DNA of 20,000 bases from Conidiobolus incongruus B7586 (lineage: Eukaryota), in assembly GCA_000697335.1 (NCBI GenBank), contig JNEM01009894.1, positions 49,393-69,392 on the forward strand, given 5' to 3'. Made by a program: the position numbers and the translations under genes. A model generated the notes under the pieces. The model saw only the letters and a program-made list of their open reading frames with translations, ran no database searches and was not told the origin of the DNA. Below, piece by piece: positions 1 through 10,100 of this stretch (within the stretch, counting starts at the first letter, position 1; every line of letters starts with the position of its first letter).

Positions 1-237
1 TTTTATTAGTTAATCATCAAGGATTATAATATTCATTAATTGAATATTTGAAAGTAAAAAATATATTATTTTTAAATAACATAATATAATATTACTATGA
101 ATTTAGAAAAAAAATGATTATTAAATCCTTGGTTAAAATGGATATTTATTTAATTGAGTCTCAATTTTATATGTCAGTATTAATTTTTAATTCATTAATA
201 AACATGAATGAAAAATAATATATGAAATTAATAATAT

Positions 238-1253
238 CTAATGCGCTAAATAACCCCCTCCCATAACTTTCAAAGTTACCTAACATCTGAAAATATCTCT
301 TTGTAATTCAGATATAAAATCAATATTCTTAGTTTTATTTTTTTGTTCATAAAATTTCAATATCTGTGATAAAATTATATTTTTCTAAATTCCATAAAAA
401 TTAAAACATTAAGATATTAACTAGGCGAATATTGCGCACATGATAAAAACAACTATCAATTTTATAATATGGAATTTTTTATTATTCTTGGTTTGTAAGG
501 TCTACATTTATCTTGTATAAAAGTGGCTTTTGTTGAGTTTTTTAGCTCTGACCGATTATAAAATATATTTCTTCAAAAACAAGTTTAGATTATTTATGTC
601 ATTGAAATTTCATCAGGTAATAGATTAAAGAAGCACATTTTATCATAGTACATTCCCATTACTAAAAGCTTTTTCTTATCATATAATTCATGCCTTGCGT
701 TGTTAGGTATTGTGACACTTTTTAATCCAAATGAAAGCTTGCTATAAGAAATAGAATCATAGAGAGAATACCAACTTTCATCTTTACTATATTTCTGAGC
801 ATATTAGACTTAAAATTATAATTTGAAAGATTCGCAATAGCATTTTCTACTATTCGCCTTTTCCGCTTTATAGATAAAACATGTGGCATTCATTTTCAAT
901 TTTTTGACAATTCAAACTATTTGGTCAAAATAGAGTACATTGTACCATGATTAATATTAAATTTAGCACACATTTCTTTGTTGGAAAATTATGATGTTTT
1001 GCTATACATTTCTAAATTTTTGATATTTGAGTTTAATGTTGCAACACTGGGAATCATGATTCAAGAAAATCTTAAAGTCTATAATTCCTTCTCAAAATGC
1101 TTAATCCAGTGATTCATAGAAACAATAGAAAAAGTATTGTGTGAACATGCTTTCTTTTAAATGTTATATATTTGGTAGTATGCATAAATATAGATAAAAA
1201 ATTTTTATCAATGATGTCTGATTAAATTTTTCAATAGTTCAATTTTGGTTCAT
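238..1253 (-). mobile_element. Degenerate Tc1/mariner (mariner-type, DD34D) transposase remnant
   Basis: Minus-strand translation with stops and frameshifts gives an N-terminal HTH region (LIKIFYL..FSIVSMNHWIKHFEK; KEMCAKFNINHGTMYSILT), *MPHVLS (cf. WVPHEL, 872-892), DESW (771-782), IQDKCRPY (cf. HDNARPH, 495-518), QYSPS*YLNV (cf. PYSPDLAPSD, 405-434) and a C-terminal GGGY. Exactly 34 codons separate the second Asp (510-512) from the third catalytic position (405-407, now GTT). Confidence 0.85.
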
Positions 1254-3245
1254 TTATTCAAACTAAAAAAGTACATAAAAATCTAAAATTTTCAGTGCTA
1301 TGTTACGTTTTAAAATAAATCAAAATCTCATTATATTATAACAATGTTTTAAAAAATACTTAAAACAATTAACACTCTAACAAATTTGAAAAACTATCTA
1401 ATATAGAATTTAATAAAATGAATAAAATTTGGGATATGGTATATTTATAATACTTATAATATATAGGTCTATACTTAAAGCAAGTAAAAAATGTTGCCAA
1501 ATAGTCAAAATATATAAAATTTAATATAAATGAATATATTGATTTGAAATAAATAGATGCATATCTTTGTTCAGTAGTTGGATAATTGATGTAATTCAAA
1601 TAATTGAAACATGAGAAATATGAAAGTGCAAAAAATTTACTAATTTAATGAGTATATTAGTATTTGGGAATAAATTCTCTGCATTTTTAAGCAACGGAAT
1701 AACTTTACTAAAATTGGATAAGATAGTAAATATTTAATCATAAATTTATATTATACTGAAAATTAACCTTTCTTCAGTTAATTCACTCGCGATATTTTTG
1801 GAATCAAAATATTTATTAAAATTTAACCAAAATAGTCTCGAATATATGAAGATGTTGATATTATTAAATCATTTTTGCAGTAAATATGGATTTTCATTTC
1901 AAATTATTCAGGTGAATCAATTTTCTAATATTTCTAATGCAGAAATAAATATGAAAGAATTATATAGGAACTAGATTTAATGGATGACTTGTAACTATGA
2001 ATTATTTTCTTAATTTTTGTGCTAAATTGGGAATATATTTTATGAATATTTCAAAATAAATTCAATTCAAATGTTATAATCTGTTTAAAATAAACCAAAT
2101 TATTACAACTTGAAAAAGATACAATATTCTTTCAATCAGAAAAATATAAATAATGAAAGGGATAATAAATCCAGAATTGTATGTAAATTCAAACTTTAAT
2201 GAGGAAATATATAACATGAATATTACTATAATCATTGATTCAAATAAAATCAAATTTTATATTTTCATATCTATATTTAAGGTTAAACTCATCCAAAATA
2301 ATTACATATTCACTAAAAATAGTCAGTTAAATAAATACTGAGAATATTTGAAAATATATTTTACCTCTATTAGACTAAAATAAATAATAAAATTTGTGAT
2401 ACACGATCTCGATCATTCTGAGAACATATCTTTTTAGATTCTATAATGTAAAATATATTCACAATATTCACATTGATCGTTTGGATTCACTAATAAACTA
2501 TATATGAATATTGAGGAGAAAATAATTGTTTATATTTCCTAATATATGCTTTACTTCGTATAATCATTGTAAATATATGTAATTTATAATATAATACAAC
2601 CTTATCAAATATTTGATCCAATTATAATATAATCTCTATTGTGAAAAATTTAAAATATTAAATACCAGCTAGTAAATATAAAAAAGTGACAAATTTTAGA
2701 GGTGGTGTTTAATGAAGAATGCTGTATTATATGTATATAATACTCTAATAGAATATAGTGTAATAGGATTATATTACAAGTGTCTGAATTTTGAATTAAA
2801 TTAATTTATTCAGCAACCATATATTCGCATCTTGAAATAATTAAAAATAAAGTTACTATATTACTTCCTAAGAAAATTTTTATATTAATTAATTAAAATT
2901 GTTTATCATGTTATTAAGAATTAAAAATCATAATATTAATTTTGATATTTAATATAATATTGATATATCCTTAATTTAAATTAATATATTTTTATCGTTA
3001 GTTAAATTTGAATACAAATAATTTATATTTATTACTTTAAAATAATTATTTATTCTATTATTTTATTCATAAAATTCTTTTATCATATTTTATACTATTA
3101 AAATTAAAAACAAATCGCGAAAAAGAATTGCTGATATATTAAAAGATTCTTATGACGACTGTAATTGTGAGAGGAAATCAAATTTTAAAGATTAAACGTG
3201 GAATCACCAGTTGTAAACAAGGGTTTACCACAAAGTTTTGAGAAA

Positions 3246-3587
3246 TTAATGGGATTCACTAAATGAAGTGAAAATGGCTTGCTGTGAATCGGGTCCTTCG
3301 AGTAAAGCAAATATCTCACGCTCGTCACGACTCAACACTTTGGTGAGGGCTACGAGAAAAACTTGGAGACTGAATACTTTTGAAATAATGATAAAAGAGA
3401 TGTGTTTATTAATTTGTTCGTGATAATCTTATATTAGCTTCCATTGTTGATTTTTATGGATAGAAATGACTCAGTGACAGAAAGGAACACAACCACCCAA
3501 TTCAGGAAATGAGTGTTCTCCGAGGTGACTTCTTAATTTAGTGTGGTAATCACAATTTCTTGACTGATTGACAAGATTGTTTTCCAT
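3246..3587 (-). CDS. Possible small gene (96 aa if 3428-3478 is an intron) or pseudogene of unknown function
   Basis: GC-elevated island with one 114-codon frame from ATG 3587 to TAA 3246. Its two internal stops (3471, 3429) both fall inside a 51-nt GT...GCTAAT...AAG segment whose removal keeps the frame. The donor GTCACT is weak and no homology was recognised. Confidence 0.3.
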
Positions 3588-5614
3588 CACTTAAGATAAA
3601 ATTTTTCAAATTGAAATATTCAAAAACAAATTTATAAAGGAAATATAATTAATACTCAAAAATTATATTTGTTTTAAATCAATTTTTGAACAATATAAGT
3701 ATATTTTCAAGAATTAAAATTTTTTTCTTTGGATCAATTTAAAAAGTTGAACTATTTCCATTTCATATCATATAATCAATTTGAATATCACAACTTAATA
3801 TATATATAATTGATAGTTAATTATCAATAATATATATTTTAATATTATTGTGATATTTTTGCGATATTCTGATTGGTTAATGTATTATAAATATATATAT
3901 AATCTCAATATTTATTCTTGAAACCATCAATTAAAGCCTGATCCTTACATTATCCTTTGATTGATTCTTTATACTCGGTATTAAAAGTAAGGGATAATTT
4001 TATTGATTACTCGATTGGTAAATATATATAATATGTATATATTTGTTATAGAATATATATATGTAATTGAATCATTAGACTAAATTATATATTTATTAGC
4101 TATCAGCACCATTAATCCCTATTAAATATATAATGAATATTAAATAAAATTTAAATTTGTGGTTTTACTATTATATTATATACTAATATTAATATAAATA
4201 TAAAAAAATTTTTAATTGAATATGGTTGATTCGAATTAAATTAATGGATTCGAGCTCAATCCTAAAAGATTGAATCACTCATTTCAAATTTATAAGAAAT
4301 AATTGTAATACTCTTTATTAGTTATTATATAAATCAAATATTCTATAATGAAATTAATTCAAAAAAAGGATGAATCGTAATTAATTAGTAACTACAATAT
4401 TATAAAATTTATCCAATTCAAAGTATATTATATAAATATAATTCATTAAAATAATTAAATTTAATATTTATAAATCAATAAATACATTAAAGGGGTATTC
4501 AATTTAATTATTTCTTTAGAGTTTCATATTTAAAAATTTATTTAATCCTGAAAAGATTCATTTTAGTGAATAATTTTTTAATTAACTATAAGTAAAATTT
4601 TAACTTCTCAACTTATATTAAATTGAATATTTAGCGATATCATTAATGTTAAACATCCGATTATTTATAATCGAATAATTGATCTTTGAGATATATTAAT
4701 TCGACAATGAATCAATATAATATTTATCATATATTCAAGATTCGATTGAATTTTAATTGATGTAATATTTGTTTATGTAATTTATGATAATTCCTTTTTT
4801 AATCAATCAATTACTATAAATTACTTAATTCAGATAAAAAAATGGAAAAATTATATATTTTTGTAATTTTTTAGACAATTCAAAAATATATTTATGATTA
4901 TTTCATACTTCATCATCCAATTATATTGAATCGCCTATTGATAGACAATAGGGATGAAAGAAGTGGAGTGAGTGAAGAATGATCTTTGGTAATATTACAA
5001 TGAAAATATATATTCAGAAAAGGATCATTAGCCCTTGCATAAAACCATACAATTAGAAAAGATCGGTATTTTTCCTGATTTTAAGATCTTATTGTGGAGG
5101 ATAAGAGGTTATAGAGACTAAAAAACTTTACTCTCCGCAAATTGATAATCATATAGCTTTTATTGGAATTAAAAATGTTTTAAACTCACTCAAGTTTTTG
5201 ATAACGATGAAGTGAAAAACTATAATTAAAGAGGTAATAATATCATCTTAATTAAGTAGAGTCTAATGATAAAGCAAAAATAACGATAAAAGTAGAGGAA
5301 ATAGAGTACATATAAGTAGATCAGATCGACATATTTTATAGAAAACAAAAATTTTAATAATATTTCAGTGTCACCACCACCAAATATTCTTTATAATTGA
5401 AATTTTTTTTAAATTTTAAATTTTAATAAATTAATTTGAATCAATTTTAACCAATCAATTAGTTTGAAATTGCTTATTTTAAATAATGTAAACATTGAGG
5501 AGAGTTTGATATTTGTATCAAAATGATAAACATTGATTGACGGATTATTGGTAAATGATATAATTATTATATATGAAAAATATATAACCTGATTATTTTT
5601 TAAGAATATTACAT

Positions 5615-6068
5615 GCTGATCCCTGTGATAATATAATATGAAATGAAATTAGGATTTTCATATTTATTTCAGTCTCCAATTATGCTAAGTTTTTGAGAAA
5701 CAATTGCTGAAAACAAATGAAAAATTAAATATAATACATTATTAAGCATATATAATGTGATATTTTATTGTAATCATAAATGAATAAATTAAAGAGCTTA
5801 TTAGCTGAAATTTACTCTTGTTAGCTTATTTTGAAAGTGGTAGAAATTAGTTTTTAATCAATTAAGTTAGTGAACAAGATATTAGATGATTGGTGAACTA
5901 AATTAACCCTTGCTAACCTTATTAGGCTGAAGAAATGAGGGGTGTTAGTGGTGATGATTCATGATATGTATTTCTAATCCATTTATATTAGATCTAAGCT
6001 GAAAAGGGGATTGGATAGGGGAAAGGCGGGTAGATTTAATTACTTGTATTCATTTAACTAATTTCAGC
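5615..6068. promoter_or_regulatory. Cluster of six GCTGA motifs upstream of the 6329 gene (putative transcription-factor array)
   Basis: GCTGA on + at 5615, 5706, 5804, 5926 and 5998, and on - at 6064-6068. Four copies extend to GCTGAAA. Confidence 0.45.
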
Positions 6069-6242
6069 TGTTTTGTATATTAATCTAATTAGGCTCATTT
6101 CTATTTCAATTGAATAGAAGAGATTTTTGAACCCCTGTCACAGTACAACATATTTTAACTAGGATTGGTTGGTTGACTGAATAAACAAAAACAATTTAAT
6201 TATTACCATAGAGAATGATTGAAAGTTTAAGATTTCAATAGA

Positions 6243-6250
6243 TATAAAAG
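6243..6250 (+). promoter_or_regulatory. TATA box (TATAAAAG) of the 6329 gene
   Basis: Canonical TATAAAAG about 80 nt upstream of the ATG, followed by a pyrimidine-rich putative initiator/5'UTR. Reverse CCAAT (ATTGG) motifs lie near 5889, 6010 and 6164. Confidence 0.55.
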
Positions 6251-6328
6251 GGGAACCTTTTCCACAGCGTCTATTCAATCACCTGCGCTGCTTTCCTACT
6301 TTAATCTTGACTTAATTAATCTGTTAAA

Positions 6329-7120
6329 ATGGTTTGCGCTCCTGAATTCACTGAAAAATTCGTGCATTTGCAATGCAAAAATTGCACCGACATTAATATT
6401 GTTGTACCTATTAATTTTACACTTGCTCAACTTCATATGATCTTGGTAGAGACACTACATCTTCCAGCTGAGTTAGATGCACCCTACCATTTCCAAACCT
6501 CTAGACCATCATTTGGCTTAATTAGCCCTTTCATCAGATACTATCCTGATCCTTCTCCCTATCACCACGATGGATGGATTCGTCAGTATCAAACTGGAAT
6601 CTACCTTGAACATCCTCATCCACATGCTCCTTTTGAGCCCAATACATCATCCCAATGCTGTGAAATTAGGGATGCCAACCTATGGCCATTGAGTCTCGTA
6701 CTGGATATGAACGAAATGACCAATATTACTTATAATCTTGACAATTTTGAATCCATTCAATTAACTCCAACTTATATCGAAATGATTTCTCATAACGACA
6801 ACCCCTACCTTTCCATGGGTAGACAATGCTCTTTATGTACACGCTCTCAATGCTCATCCAACACTCCCTGCCACATCACGCCGTGTTGTTCCCACTGCCA
6901 ATTTGCTTCCAAGCTACCTCTCCCCTTCTTACAAGATCAAACAGTCGACCCAATGGCAATTTCATCAGAACTAAATAATTACATCGTTTCACAGCTTGAT
7001 ATATTAGCCAAGTCTATCCAAATAGAATCAAAACGCTTTACAAGCAATCCCCAAATGCCTTGTAACTGGATGGAAGAAACTGGAGAATCATGTGTATATT
7101 GCACAGAAAACTATTTGTAA
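6329..7120 (+). CDS. Intronless 263-aa Cys/His-rich protein; divergent pRiA4b ORF-3 (MM3350-like) domain plus putative metal-binding CxxC motifs
   Basis: Long ORF with clearly raised GC against its flanks and AAAATG start context. IVVPINFTLAQLHMIL resembles the (I/V)xVPxxxTLxxLHxxI motif of the pRiA4b-ORF3 family, and LSLVLD...ITYNLDNFE resembles the L..VL...xYxYDFGD segment. It has 15 Cys, including CKNC, CSLC, CSHC and CVYC. The CDS is well supported; the family call is by eye. Confidence 0.8.
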   Translation: MVCAPEFTEKFVHLQCKNCTDINIVVPINFTLAQLHMILVETLHLPAELDAPYHFQTSRPSFGLISPFIRYYPDPSPYHHDGWIRQYQTGIYLEHPHPHAPFEPNTSSQCCEIRDANLWPLSLVLDMNEMTNITYNLDNFESIQLTPTYIEMISHNDNPYLSMGRQCSLCTRSQCSSNTPCHITPCCSHCQFASKLPLPFLQDQTVDPMAISSELNNYIVSQLDILAKSIQIESKRFTSNPQMPCNWMEETGESCVYCTENYL

Positions 7121-10100
7121 ATTATATACTTAATAAGGAATTAATTCCAATTCAAATAATTAATTATCAAACAATTGTTTGTACTAAATTCATAAATTAA
7201 TAAGTTGGCTGTATATATTCAAATAAATTAAATTCCATTGACTAACCGGGAAAAGCTCAAAATATATAATTAAAAAAACCATTGAATTGAAATCTTATAA
7301 TCCAATATAATTTAATAAACAATAACTAATAAATTGGATAATTATGATTTAATTTTATAATTATATTAACAATTTATAAATTTTATTTTTATTTTAAATA
7401 AACTAATTAAATTAATATTTTGACAAATTTGCAAAATATATATAATATTTAATTATTTAAATTGAGAACTATATATAATTTCATTAAAATTATAATATTC
7501 AAAATAATTAATAAATTTTAATTATTAAATAATTAATATTATTTTTAAGCAATAAAATTCTATAAAACGTACTTATATTACTTTTCCTTGATATCGTAAA
7601 ATTCAGTTTTATTAATTAACTAATGGCTTTTAAACTGATATGGAATATTAAATGAATCATTTTATACACATGCTAATTATTTTAAATTAATAGACTAACA
7701 TCAATAATTATATATATTTATTAATTATATTGGAATTCAATTAAATGAAATTGAATATAATCAATTTTGATAAAATAAAAGAAAGTGAAAATTATTACAT
7801 TGGAATATATTGTTTAGATTATTATTAATTTATAATAATTAAAGTTATAGAAATATATTATGATTTTTTAATAAGTATGAAAATATAAATACTTTTAATT
7901 AATTATTGAATATACTCCATATTCTAATATGAATGCATTTATATCAATCTTTAGTTGAAGTGATAAAATTTGAATTATTGACTCGAACATAATTCTTGTA
8001 TCTAATATAACACTTGAATATTAAAATATGATTATTATATATATATTTATTAATAATATTGAATTGGTTTTAATTCTTATTTTCCAAATATTATTAATTT
8101 TCAAAATTTAGCCGGACAATATTTCAACCCCAATAGGTCTAAAATGCATTATTGAATAACAAGGTTTTAACTAATTCATATGGTATTAAATATAACTGAA
8201 ACAGTTAATATTTTGAATTTGATAATATTGTTAAAACGAAGGTTAGAGAAATCAAATATATATTATATTAATAAAAAGAGATAAAAACTTGAAATTTGCT
8301 AAATTATTTAAAATTGATTATAGATAATATTGAATATAAATATATTATCTCGATATATTAGACTATTTAGATCATAGTAACAAAACTTTTATTGTTTATC
8401 ATATCATTAAATTTAACATTATGTTGAAATTACTAGATATAACTATATTAACTATATATTAAGTAATTATTGGATTTGGATAAGGTTTAATATGTATATG
8501 TATATATTTATATCACCATATCCCTTTTCATTCGTCAGTATTACTAAATTGACAAACAATGGTGACCCCTGATTTAAATAAACATTAATAATAGAATAAT
8601 TAATCATGCATTTAGGAATGCATATTCTTTAATAGGATCTGAAAAAATTATAATAATGAATCCTGAAATGAACTATAGAATATTTAAAAAGTTAATATCA
8701 CTTTTTTTCATATATATTTTTATCAGGATTTCATGATTAATTATATTTATACATTAGGTTAATTAATATACTGAAAACGATTAATGAATATTTCAAATAA
8801 AGATAATATTTATTAAAATTTTAGTTAAAATTAAGTTAAATAGCTGACAAATAATATTCTTAAGATTTTTAATGATTAGATATTATCGATCCTATTAAAT
8901 GGCCAAATTTAGACTATATTCCTTTAATATTTAACCTGATAAATTTGATCAAATAATTGCCACTCCTCCATTCAAGTTAAATCTTATCCTTATTCAAATG
9001 AAAAAGGTTAAGATCTAATTTAATATTTATGAGTAAAATTACTTTGGATATTATTTAATTATAGAATGTGTGTATATTTGAATATATACACATCTTGAAA
9101 TAATATATTCAATTAAATACAAATTTCTCAATATATATAATACCATAATACTGGTGACGTGAAATACTAATTGTAGAAAAATTTATCAATTTAGGAATAA
9201 AATGAATGAATGAATAGCTCAACTATATCAAAGAAAGTGGATAAATATTTAATAAAAAGATTCACTCCTTTATTCTATTAATTGAATAGTCTATTATATT
9301 TGGAAACGGTTCATAATTATAATTATTATTTCAATCATTTGAAGTTAGTGTTATGTAGCATATATTTATTCTAAAATGGATATCTCTAATATATTATTGG
9401 AATTTATTTAACTATAACAACAGTTTTTAGCTTTTGTGATAGCTTAGTTTAAATCAGAATTATCTTGATATAGTTAACATATTAATTCGATCATATATAC
9501 ATGTAAGTTAACTTTATTCAGTTAGGTGTAATGAAAATGTTGGGATTTATTCAATATATTTAATTATTTGTTATAGATTAGTCCAATAAAATAATGATCT
9601 ATAATGTTACCTTTGAGTTCAATTCTTCAATAATAGTTAGTCTACTATCTACAACTGACTATATCAACTTCACAGTATATTATCCAAAATATTATTTTTA
9701 ATACAATTCTATTGGATTTATTAAATTTGACTAGTTAAACAGTCATTTATTTATATTAACAAATATTTAATTGAAAAATTTGGAAATTTGTCAATTGACA
9801 AATTTATTCAAATTTGAACGAAATAAAAAATTCAATCTAGTGTAGACTTGTATCAATATCCAAGCAATAATCAAAACTCACTAAAAAACTATAATTCATA
9901 ATAATCATTATTTTCACAAATATATTAAATCTTTAATATTTTATATATAATTCATAAAATTAAGAATATTTTCAATCAAAGTGATATCAACAGCATTTTT
10001 CCAATATATATTGAATATCAGACCATAGTTTACTCAAAATATCAAACAATTATTTCATTATAAAAGTATTTTTTAATTTACAATAAACAGTTTATTCAAG

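Noticed and set aside
2153..2341. 62-aa plus-strand ORF as a real gene
   Set aside because: Its I/N/K/F/Y composition is what random AT-rich DNA produces, and there is no GC elevation.
3315..3470. U3 snoRNA-like boxes on the minus strand (TCATTTCTAT, GAGCGTGA)
   Set aside because: The spacing is too long and no box C (TGATGA) or terminal box D lies downstream.
4900..5230. Hairpin CCTATTG/CAATAGG and YSPQ...FDNDEVKN, resembling a mariner C-terminus
   Set aside because: The stem is only 7 bp, no HDNARPH-like motif sits at the right distance, and the pieces are in different frames.
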